Assembly (NCBI GenBank): GCA_017648105.1
Contig: JAGCJH010000017.1
Coordinates: forward strand, 788-64,787
DNA length: 64,000 nt
Direction: 5' to 3'
DNA from: Tidjanibacter sp.
Lineage (GTDB): Bacteria; Bacteroidota; Bacteroidia; Bacteroidales; Rikenellaceae
Part shown: in pieces, positions 1 to 8,085 of the stretch
Layout: each line of letters opens with the position of its first letter
Numbering within the stretch: position 1 is the first letter of the stretch
Translations under genes and position numbers: made by a program
Notes under the pieces: generated by a model
Databases searched by the model: none
Seen by the model: the letters and a program-made list of their open reading frames with translations, nothing else
What the model was told of the DNA's origin: nothing

Positions 1-995
1 ATTCGTTCCAGCCTATCCATACCCCCTATGAGGGCGAGGAGTTCTTGCTCAAACCTATGAACTGCCCCCACCACTGCGAGATTTTCAAATTCAAACCTCG
101 TTCCTACAAGGATCTTCCCTTGCGCTTTGCAGAGTTCGGTACCGTATATCGCTATGAGCAGAGTGGCGAGCTTCACGGTCTTACCCGTGTGAGGGGCTTC
201 ACCCAAGATGATGCACACCTCTTCGTGCGCCCCGACCAGCTCTTGCAGGAGTTTGAGAATGTTATCGACATCGTGCTCTATATCTTCAAGACCTTGAAGT
301 TCGATGAGTTCACTGCGCAGATTTCGCTCCGTGACCCCAACAACAAGGAGAAATATATCGGCTCCGATGAAAACTGGGAGCGTGCAGAGCAGGCTATCAT
401 CAAGGCTTCGGCAGAGAAGGGTTTGAAGACTGTTGTTGAGTATGGCGAGGCAGCATTCTATGGTCCTAAGTTGGACTTTATGGTCAAAGACGCTATCGGT
501 CGCAAGTGGCAGCTCGGTACCATTCAGGTGGACTACAACTTGCCCGAGAGGTTCGATTTGACCTACACTGGCGCAGATGACAAGCCCCACCGCCCCATTA
601 TGATTCACCGTGCCCCCTTCGGCTCGATGGAGCGTTTTGTGGCAGTATTGTTGGAGCACACTGGCGGTAAGTTCCCCTTGTGGCTCTCGCCTGCACAGTG
701 CGTGGTGTTGCCCATTAGCGAAAAATTCAACGATTACGCAGAAAAAGTTTCAAAATATCTGAATAATTGCGATATTCGCAGCGAGATAGACTTGCGTAAC
801 GAGAAGATTGGTCGCAAGATTCGTGACAACGAGCTCAAGCGTGTGCCCTTCCTGCTCATCGTGGGCGAGAAGGAGGAGAACGACAACCTCGTGTCCGTAC
901 GCCAGCAGGGCGTGGGCGACAAGGGTCAGATGACCTGCGAGGCGTTTGCCGAGATGATCCAGAAGCTCGTGGCAGAGGAGATCGACAATCAATAA
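1..995 (+). CDS. thrS: threonyl-tRNA synthetase (5' truncated by window edge)
   Basis: [40 protein letters not shown] and [11 protein letters not shown] motifs; frame is open to the window start. Confidence 0.98.
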   Translation, partial: SFQPIHTPYEGEEFLLKPMNCPHHCEIFKFKPRSYKDLPLRFAEFGTVYRYEQSGELHGLTRVRGFTQDDAHLFVRPDQLLQEFENVIDIVLYIFKTLKFDEFTAQISLRDPNNKEKYIGSDENWERAEQAIIKASAEKGLKTVVEYGEAAFYGPKLDFMVKDAIGRKWQLGTIQVDYNLPERFDLTYTGADDKPHRPIMIHRAPFGSMERFVAVLLEHTGGKFPLWLSPAQCVVLPISEKFNDYAEKVSKYLNNCDIRSEIDLRNEKIGRKIRDNELKRVPFLLIVGEKEENDNLVSVRQQGVGDKGQMTCEAFAEMIQKLVAEEIDNQ

Positions 996-1020
996 AATTC
1001 TAACACATAGTAAAAAACGA

Positions 1021-1611
1021 ATGGCAGTACCTTACAAACCAAAACCAACCTATCCACCCAAGCCCCGCCCACAGCAGGGTCCACAGGGCAACAAACAGCA
1101 GGGTGAGCACCGCATCAACTCGCAGATTACAGCACCTCAGGTGAGGGTTGTGAGCGATGAGTTGGAGGGCGCACAGGTTATGTCTATCCGTGAAGCAATC
1201 GCTTTGGCAGACCAGATGGAGATGGATCTCATCGAGATCTCCCCTAAGGCAGATCCACCAGTGTGCCGCATTGCCGACTACCAAAAGTTCCTCTACCAGC
1301 AGAAGAAAAAGGCAAAGGAGATTAAGGCTAAGCAGGCAAAGGTTGTTATCAAAGAGATCCGTTTCGGACCTCAGACCGACGACCACGACTACAACTTCAA
1401 GCTCCGTCACGCCCAGAACTTCTTGCAAGAGGGTGCAAAGGTGAAGGCTTATGTCTTCTTCCGTGGTCGCTCTATCGTGTTCAGTGAGCAGGGTCAGATT
1501 CTTCTTCTGCGCTTTGCCACCGACCTCGAAGAGTATGGCAAGGTGGAGATGATGCCTAAGTTGGAGGGTAAGCGAATGACGATGATGCTCGCCCCCAAAC
1601 CTAAAAAATAA
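1021..1611 (+). CDS. infC: translation initiation factor IF-3
   Basis: [39 protein letters not shown] and VFFRGR motifs; follows thrS. Confidence 0.97.
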   Translation: MAVPYKPKPTYPPKPRPQQGPQGNKQQGEHRINSQITAPQVRVVSDELEGAQVMSIREAIALADQMEMDLIEISPKADPPVCRIADYQKFLYQQKKKAKEIKAKQAKVVIKEIRFGPQTDDHDYNFKLRHAQNFLQEGAKVKAYVFFRGRSIVFSEQGQILLLRFATDLEEYGKVEMMPKLEGKRMTMMLAPKPKK

Positions 1612-1687
1612 CGGGCGATTTGGTCGTTATACTTCGATAAGCGGAGTCCGCATTTACGATTAGTAAAGTGCGGGCTCCGCTTTCTTA
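1612..1687 (+). repeat. truncated copy of ~125-bp structured intergenic element (family C)
   Basis: Shares TCGTTATACTTCGATAAGCGGAGT...TTTAC-N5-GTAAA...CTCCGCTTTCT with copies at 16135 and 31256. Confidence 0.8.
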
Positions 1688-1704
1688 TTTTTTTGGGGTA
1701 GGGG

Positions 1705-1766
1705 TTTTAGGGTCATTAGGGTCATTAAGGGCTTTAAGGGCATTAAGGGCATTAGGGGCTTTTAGG
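1705..1766. repeat. degenerate 9-bp tandem repeat (TTAAGGGCA-like, family A)
   Basis: ttagggtca ttagggtca ttaagggct ttaagggca ttaagggca ttaggggct. Confidence 0.85.
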
Positions 1767-1853
1767 TTGAGGGGGGGGCGGCGACAGCCTTTTACGAAGG
1801 GAGGGCGAAGGAAGAGCGAAGAAGGGGTGGGAGGGGTTTGCACCCTTGCAACT

Positions 1854-1890
1854 AAAAACCCCCAGCAGCATTTGCGACTGGGGGTTTTGT
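1854..1890. terminator. bidirectional intrinsic terminator
   Basis: AAAAACCCCCAG...CTGGGGGTTTT hairpin between convergent infC and M3 peptidase. Confidence 0.8.
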
Positions 1891-1896
1891 TGTGCA

Positions 1897-4176
1897 TTAT
1901 TTATTTTCGCCTCGGGGGAGGGGTTTGCCCTTAGGGTTACCAATCTTAGGTGCGCCCTTGTGGCGTTTGGAGGGGGCTGGTTTTGCCTTCGCTTCCTCCT
2001 TCTTTTCGGATTCGGGGGCTGCAACCTTTGCCTCCGCTTTCACCTCCTTCTCCTCGATATCCTCCTTGGTCATAAGACCACGAGCAATCATCAGGGGCTC
2101 ACGCTTGGGCTCGGCACCTCGGAAGTCACGATAGAGCTCCATACCATCCTTTGTGCCACCTGCTGCGAGGAGTGTGCGGAAGCGTTTTGCAGTGGTGCGG
2201 TCGAACAGGTCGCCACTCTCCACGAATGCCTGATAGGCATCCTTATCCAGTACCTCTGCCCACAGGTAGCTATAATAGCCCGACGAGTAGCCGCCATCGA
2301 AGATGTGCGAGAAATAGGGGTAGCGGTAGCGGGGTGCAATCTGCTCAATGAGCCCACGCTCCTCGGAGAGCACCCTCTTCTCAAAGGCATTCACATCGAA
2401 ATCCTCGGGTACCTCGGAGAGGGTGTGGATGTCGAGGTCGCTGAGCGAAGCGGCAATGAGTTCGGTGGTCATAAAGCCCTGATTGAAAAGAGAACTCTTC
2501 TGTATGCGTTTTATGAGGTGGTCGGGGATGACGGCACCTGTCTGGTGGTGGATGGCGTAGGTTTTGAGCATTGCAGGCTCCATTGCCCAGTTCTCCATAA
2601 TTTGGCTGGGGAGCTCCACGAAGTCCCTCTCAACGCCCGCCAAGCCCTTATAGGGCACCTCCGCAAAGAGGTTGTGGAGTGCGTGACCGAACTCGTGGAA
2701 GAAGGTTTCGGTTTCATCGACGGTCAGGAGCGAGGGGGTGTTGCCTGTGGGGCGTGAGAAGTTGCACACAACGGTCACAACGGGGGTTACACGCTTGCCA
2801 TCCTTCATACTCATCGATACAAACTCGCCACACCAAGCACCGCCACTCTTACCCGCACGGGGGAAGAAGTCGAAGATGACAACGCCAAGCAGTGTGCCGT
2901 CGGTGTCCTCCACCTTATAGGTAGAGCACTCGGAGTTGTAGGCAACGACATTGATGGGGGAGAAGGTTATGCCGTAGAGCCTATTGCAGAGTCCGAAGAT
3001 GCCCTGACGCACATTGTCGAGCGAGAAGTAGGGGCGCAGAGCCTGCTCGTCGAGGTTGTAACGCTGTTTGCGGAGGCGCTCCGAGAAGTACCACCAGTCC
3101 CACGCTGCAAACTCTACACTCTTGGTTTCACGCTTCTTGATAATCTTCATATCATCCATCTCCCTCTTTGCGCAGCTAAGAGCAGGCTCCCAGAGGTCGC
3201 CGAGGAGTTCATATACAGCCTTAGGCTCGCCAGCCATCACATCGTCGAGGACATAGTGTGCGTGGGATTTGTAACCCAAAAGTTGCGCACGACGAGCACG
3301 CAGAGAGATAATCTCACGGATAATCTCCGTGTTGTCATACTTACCACCATTGCAACGCTCCGTATAGGCGGTGTAAATTTCCTGACGCAACTCACGATTG
3401 TTGGAGTAGGAGAGGAAGGGGAAGATGCTGGGGCTGGAAAGTGTGAAGAGATACTTACCATTGTGACCCGCAGCCTTTGCCGCCTCCTTTGCTGAATTTT
3501 TCACGGAGTTGGGCAGACCGCCAAGCTGGTCGCTCGAAAGCAGAAGCTCGTAGTCGGCATTTGCCGAGAGGAGGTTTTGCGAATAGGCGACGGTTGCAGC
3601 CGAGAGTTTGCGGTTAATCTCAGCAAGCTCTGCTTGCTCCTCTGTGGAGAGGTTGGCACCCGAACGCTCGAAATCCTTGTAGGTCTTCTCTGTGAGGCGC
3701 AACTGCATCTTGTCGAGTTTTGCCTTTTTACGACCGAGATATACCTTCTTAACTCGCTGGAAGAGAGCGTTGTTCATCATAATCTCATCCGAGTGGCTCG
3801 CAAGTAGGGGGCTAACCTCTGCCTCCACTTTCTGCATCTTCTCGTTGGTGTCTGCGGCTGCCACGAGGAAGAAGGTGTTGGCAATGTCGTTGAGTTTTGC
3901 GCCCGCATTGTCCAGTGCGAGGATGGTGTTCTCAAAGGTGGGCTCGTCGGGGTTGCTTACGATAGCCTCCACCTCTGCTTTGTGCTCTGCCATTGCAGCC
4001 TCAAAGGCGGGCATATAGTCCTCCACCTCGATAAGTTCAAAGGGTGGAATTCCATAGGGCGTGTTCCACTCGGAGAGCAGAGGGTTTGTACGCTCCTCGG
4101 TAGGGGCGTTGTTTTTACAAGCGATAGTCGTCATTGTAAGTGCAATTAACGGGATGATAAATCTTCTCTGTTTCAT
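1897..4176 (-). CDS. M3 family metallopeptidase (peptidyl-dipeptidase Dcp-like), lipoprotein
   Basis: FHEFGHALH zinc motif, DFVELPSQIMENWA, YYSYLWAEVLD; start moved to MKQRRF..TIAC lipoprotein signal. Confidence 0.93.
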   Translation of the reverse strand: MKQRRFIIPLIALTMTTIACKNNAPTEERTNPLLSEWNTPYGIPPFELIEVEDYMPAFEAAMAEHKAEVEAIVSNPDEPTFENTILALDNAGAKLNDIANTFFLVAAADTNEKMQKVEAEVSPLLASHSDEIMMNNALFQRVKKVYLGRKKAKLDKMQLRLTEKTYKDFERSGANLSTEEQAELAEINRKLSAATVAYSQNLLSANADYELLLSSDQLGGLPNSVKNSAKEAAKAAGHNGKYLFTLSSPSIFPFLSYSNNRELRQEIYTAYTERCNGGKYDNTEIIREIISLRARRAQLLGYKSHAHYVLDDVMAGEPKAVYELLGDLWEPALSCAKREMDDMKIIKKRETKSVEFAAWDWWYFSERLRKQRYNLDEQALRPYFSLDNVRQGIFGLCNRLYGITFSPINVVAYNSECSTYKVEDTDGTLLGVVIFDFFPRAGKSGGAWCGEFVSMSMKDGKRVTPVVTVVCNFSRPTGNTPSLLTVDETETFFHEFGHALHNLFAEVPYKGLAGVERDFVELPSQIMENWAMEPAMLKTYAIHHQTGAVIPDHLIKRIQKSSLFNQGFMTTELIAASLSDLDIHTLSEVPEDFDVNAFEKRVLSEERGLIEQIAPRYRYPYFSHIFDGGYSSGYYSYLWAEVLDKDAYQAFVESGDLFDRTTAKRFRTLLAAGGTKDGMELYRDFRGAEPKREPLMIARGLMTKEDIEEKEVKAEAKVAAPESEKKEEAKAKPAPSKRHKGAPKIGNPKGKPLPRGENK

Positions 4177-4208
4177 AACTTTATATGCTTTTTTTGTTCT
4201 TTCCCCAA

Positions 4209-5063
4209 TTATGCTTTGATTTTGCCGATAAGCCCTGTGAGTACCGACCCGGGTCCGCACTCCACAAACTCCTCGGCACCATCCGCCAACATAGCCCTCA
4301 CGCTCTGTGTCCACCTTACGGGGCTTGTGAGTTGCGCTATGAGGTTGCTCTTTATCTCCTCGGGATTGGTGTGGGGCTTGCCATCGACATTCTGATAGAT
4401 GGGGCATCGGGGAGTGTGAAATTCGGTGGTGGCAATAGCCTCCGCCAACTCCTCACGAGCTGACTCCATACAGGGGGAGTGAAAACCACCTCCCACGGCA
4501 AGGGGTAGAGCCCTTTTGGCACCTGCCTCTTTGAGTGCAACGCACGCAGTGGCTACGGCATCCTTTGTGCCCGAGATTACAACCTGTCCTGGGCAGTTGT
4601 AGTTGGCGGCAACGACACCCTCAATTTTGCTACACACCTCCTCGACCCTCTCGTCGGCAAGGGCGAGTACGGCTGCCATTGTGGAGGGCACCTTTTCACA
4701 CGCCTTTTGCATTGCCAGTGCACGGGCATAGACCAGTCGAAGACCACTCTCAAAAGTGAGCGCCCCAGATGCTACAAGCGCACTGAATTCGCCAAGTGAA
4801 TGACCTGCAACCATCTGAGGGTCAAACTCCTCGCCGAGCGCAAGGGCTGCCGATACGGAGTGGATGAAGACCGCAGGCTGGGTCACTTTTGTCTGTCGGA
4901 GCTCCTCGTCTGTGCCCTCAAACATAATCTTTGAGATCTCAAAACCAAGTATGCGGTCTGCTTCATCGAAGAGCGCACGAGCCACCTCGGAACTCTCATA
5001 AAGTTCCCTACCCATACCGCTAAATTGACTTCCCTGACCAGGGAAAACAAATGCTTTTTTCAT
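4209..5063 (-). CDS. fabD: malonyl-CoA-ACP transacylase
   Basis: FVFPGQGSQ, TQPA, GHSLGE, GGFHS and PVRW motifs. Confidence 0.97.
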   Translation of the reverse strand: MKKAFVFPGQGSQFSGMGRELYESSEVARALFDEADRILGFEISKIMFEGTDEELRQTKVTQPAVFIHSVSAALALGEEFDPQMVAGHSLGEFSALVASGALTFESGLRLVYARALAMQKACEKVPSTMAAVLALADERVEEVCSKIEGVVAANYNCPGQVVISGTKDAVATACVALKEAGAKRALPLAVGGGFHSPCMESAREELAEAIATTEFHTPRCPIYQNVDGKPHTNPEEIKSNLIAQLTSPVRWTQSVRAMLADGAEEFVECGPGSVLTGLIGKIKA

Positions 5064-5086
5064 AGTGTGAATGTTGGTTTCTTGGA

Positions 5087-5094
5087 CAAATATA
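5087..5094 (-). promoter_or_regulatory. Bacteroidota -7 promoter element for fabD
   Basis: TATATTTG (TAnnTTTG) on minus strand ~25 bp upstream of the start. Confidence 0.6.
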
Positions 5095-5100
5095 GTTAAA

Positions 5101-5132
5101 AATTGAGAATTGAGAATTGAGAATTGAGAATT
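5101..5132. repeat. heptamer tandem repeat (AATTGAG)n (family B)
   Basis: aattgag x4 plus aatt. Confidence 0.9.
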
Positions 5133-5266
5133 TGTGTCCCAAGAGGGGCGCTCGGAGCCTTTGAATTTTGCAGATTGTTAATAAAATCCGAGGTGGTTTT
5201 TGGGGCGGATAGGAAAATTATTCGTAAAATTGCACCTTAAATAATAAATTAAGGTATAAACTCACT

Positions 5267-6001
5267 ATGCGCTTCCTATTTTTGGTCATATATCTCCTGC
5301 TGATACTCCTCTGGGCAGTAATTTCGCTCATTGTGATGGGTGTCGCAACACTTCTCTCGCTCCCCTTTGACAAGGAACGAAAGATGGTGCTGGCACTCTC
5401 TCGTGTGGTTGCACGAGTGGTATATATCGCCTCGCCTCTGTGGAGTGTGAGGGTCGAGGGAGAGGAGAATGTTGATCCAACGAAGCGCTATGTGATTACC
5501 TCCAACCACCAATCCTTCTTCGACATCCCCTTGCTCTTCTTCCTCCCTATTTGGAAGTTCAAGTTTGTGTCGAAGATTGAGGTTAGAAAGATTCCTGCTA
5601 TTGGTTGGATGCTTGGTATGAGGGGTGATATTGTCATCCGTCGAGGTACGGCAAGCGCTGCAACAACTCTTATGGAGGAGGGTTCGGAGCATCTGCAAGC
5701 GGGCACAAGTGTGGCAATCTTCCCTGAGGGAACACGCACTCGTGATGGCGAGATTCATCGCTTCAAGGAGGGTGCTTTTCGCTTGGCGCAGGAGAATGGT
5801 GTGGCTGTGCTCCCTTGCGTGATTGACGATACGAAAAAGCTCTTCACGGCACGAGGACTCAACCCACGCAAGTTGGTGGTTAAGATTCTGCCCGCCATCA
5901 GCGAACAGGAGGTGCAGCAGACTCCCACAAAGGAGTTGGCAAAGAGGGTGGAGGAGATGACCCGCACAACCCTTGCGGAGATTAGGGGTGTGGGTAAGTA
6001 A
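5267..6001 (+). CDS. plsC: 1-acyl-sn-glycerol-3-phosphate acyltransferase (PlsC family)
   Basis: NHQSFFD and FPEGTR motifs; N-terminal membrane segment. Confidence 0.9.
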   Translation: MRFLFLVIYLLLILLWAVISLIVMGVATLLSLPFDKERKMVLALSRVVARVVYIASPLWSVRVEGEENVDPTKRYVITSNHQSFFDIPLLFFLPIWKFKFVSKIEVRKIPAIGWMLGMRGDIVIRRGTASAATTLMEEGSEHLQAGTSVAIFPEGTRTRDGEIHRFKEGAFRLAQENGVAVLPCVIDDTKKLFTARGLNPRKLVVKILPAISEQEVQQTPTKELAKRVEEMTRTTLAEIRGVGK

Positions 6002-6055
6002 TCCACTCCGACCCAAAGAGAGAAGAATAAACGAAGAAAAAAAGAGATAATAACA

Positions 6056-7930
6056 GTGGCAAACGAAACAAAAAAACAGGTGTCGCAATATACCGACGAG
6101 GATATCAAAAAACTTCCCCCTCGTGAGCAGGTGCGACTGCGCCCAGGTATGTGGATTGGTAAGCTCGGCGATGGTACGCTTGCCGAGGATGGTATCTACA
6201 CCCTCATCAAAGAGGTTGTGGATAACTCGGTCGATGAGTTTACTATGGGTCACGGCTCGCAGATAGACATTACAATCGAGGATAAATGGGTGACCATTCG
6301 TGACTATGGTCGTGGTATTCCCCTCAATATGCTCGATGCGTGTGTGGGTGAGATGAATGTGAGTGGTAAGTACAACGGCTCGGGCTACAAGAAGACCGTG
6401 GGTCTGAATGGTGTGGGTTTGAAGGCGGTGAACTACCTCTCGACCCACTTCGAGGCACGAAGCGTTCGTGATGGTATGTCCCGCACAGTGACCTTCGAGC
6501 AGGGTGTGCTCAAAAGCGATGTGCGTGAGGATAATGTGACCGACAAGGCGGGCACTATGGTGCGCTACTATGTGGATGAGGAGATATTCGGCATCTACAA
6601 CTACAATATGGAGTATGTGGAGCAGAAGGTTAAGAACTACACATACCTCAATACCGGTTTGGCGTTTGTGCTCAACGGCAAAAAGTATGTGTCCAAGAAT
6701 GGTCTTCTCGACCTTCTGAATGAGAATCTCGATGATGAGCCTCTCTATGCTCCCATCCACTTGAAGGGTAAGGATATTGAGATTGCCTTCACACACGGCA
6801 CAAGCTATGGCGAAACCTATTTTTCGTTTGTGAACTCCCAGCACACCACGCAGGGTGGTACCCATCAAGCGGCATTCAAGGAGGCGGTGGCAAAGACCAT
6901 CAAAGAGTTCTTCAAGAAGGACTACGACCCCTCGGATGTGCGTGGCTCGATTATCGCCGCAGTGAGCGTGAGTGTTGAGGAGCCCGAGTTTGAGAGCCAG
7001 ACGAAGATTAAACTCTCCTCGAAGAATATGGGTCCCGGTCTGCTCTCGGTGCGTCAGTTCATTGGCGACTATGTGAAGCAGGAGCTCGACGACTACCTCC
7101 ATATGCACTCCGAAACAGCCACCATCCTCAATAAGAAGATTGTGGATAATGAGAAGGAGCGCAAGGCTATCTCTACGGTGCAGAAAAAATCCCGTGAGAT
7201 TGCCAAAAAGGTAAGCCTTAATAACAAAAAACTCCGTGACTGCAAGATTCACTACTGCGACGACAAAAACCCCCGCAAGGAGGAGTCTATGATTTTCATC
7301 ACAGAGGGTCTTTCGGCAAGCGGCTCGATTACTGCATCGAGGGATGTGCAGACACAGGCGGTCTTCTCCCTGCGTGGTAAGCCCAAGAACTGCTATGGCG
7401 AGAGCAAAACTTTCGTCTATAAGAACGAGGAGTTCAACCTTTTGCAGGCGGCGCTCGACATTGAGGAGAGCATCGACAATCTGCGCTACAACAAAATCAT
7501 CATAGCAACCGATGCCGATGTGGATGGTATGCACATTAGGCTCCTGATGATGACCTTCTTCTTGCAGTTCTTCCCCGAGGTTATCCGTCAAAACCACCTC
7601 TTTGTTTTGCAGACCCCTCTGTTCCGTGTGCAGAACAAGCAGCAGACAAAGGTTATCTACTGCTATAATGAGGAGGAGAAACAGAAGGCTATGGATGAGA
7701 TTGGTGCCTCCTATGAGGTTACCCGATTCAAAGGTCTTGGTGAGATTTCGAGCGAGGAGTTCAAGGAGTTCATCGGTCCTAAGATGAGGCTCGAACCTGT
7801 GAAGATTTCGAGCGAGGAGCCTATCCACACAATGTTGGAGTTCTATATGGGTAGCAATACCCCCGAGCGACAGGGTTTCATTGTGGATAATCTTCGCATC
7901 GAGGCGGATTATGTGGAGGATTTGTTGTAA
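6056..7930 (+). CDS. parE: DNA topoisomerase IV subunit B
   Basis: VRLRPGMWIG, EVVDNSVDE, GLNGVG, ITEGLSA, TDADVDG and TRFKGLGE motifs; paired with parC. Confidence 0.92.
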   Translation: MANETKKQVSQYTDEDIKKLPPREQVRLRPGMWIGKLGDGTLAEDGIYTLIKEVVDNSVDEFTMGHGSQIDITIEDKWVTIRDYGRGIPLNMLDACVGEMNVSGKYNGSGYKKTVGLNGVGLKAVNYLSTHFEARSVRDGMSRTVTFEQGVLKSDVREDNVTDKAGTMVRYYVDEEIFGIYNYNMEYVEQKVKNYTYLNTGLAFVLNGKKYVSKNGLLDLLNENLDDEPLYAPIHLKGKDIEIAFTHGTSYGETYFSFVNSQHTTQGGTHQAAFKEAVAKTIKEFFKKDYDPSDVRGSIIAAVSVSVEEPEFESQTKIKLSSKNMGPGLLSVRQFIGDYVKQELDDYLHMHSETATILNKKIVDNEKERKAISTVQKKSREIAKKVSLNNKKLRDCKIHYCDDKNPRKEESMIFITEGLSASGSITASRDVQTQAVFSLRGKPKNCYGESKTFVYKNEEFNLLQAALDIEESIDNLRYNKIIIATDADVDGMHIRLLMMTFFLQFFPEVIRQNHLFVLQTPLFRVQNKQQTKVIYCYNEEEKQKAMDEIGASYEVTRFKGLGEISSEEFKEFIGPKMRLEPVKISSEEPIHTMLEFYMGSNTPERQGFIVDNLRIEADYVEDLL

Positions 7931-8025
7931 CTCGCCTCACAAAACCCACTCACAGGAAAAACTGACTATTATCGCCAAGGTCCTTAGAGCCATTAAAGCC
8001 CTTGACGACGAGTAAAGTCAAACAG

Positions 8026-8081
8026 CGATACAGAGTATCGACTTAAAAGTTTTTGGAGAAGCTTTTTGCAAAAAGCAAAAG
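8026..8081 (+). repeat. pre-start intergenic motif (family D)
   Basis: CGATACAGAGTATCG hairpin plus AAAAGTTTTTGG..GCTTTTTGCAAAAAGC; similar at 18635, 26123 and 48988. Confidence 0.65.
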
Positions 8082-8085
8082 AAAT

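Noticed and set aside
5276-7828. 850-aa antisense ORF (and similar ones at 7993-9828, 25384-27288, 29132-31327, 47426-49102)
   Set aside because: Shadow ORFs opposite well-supported core genes, with no recognisable motifs; explained by codon bias.
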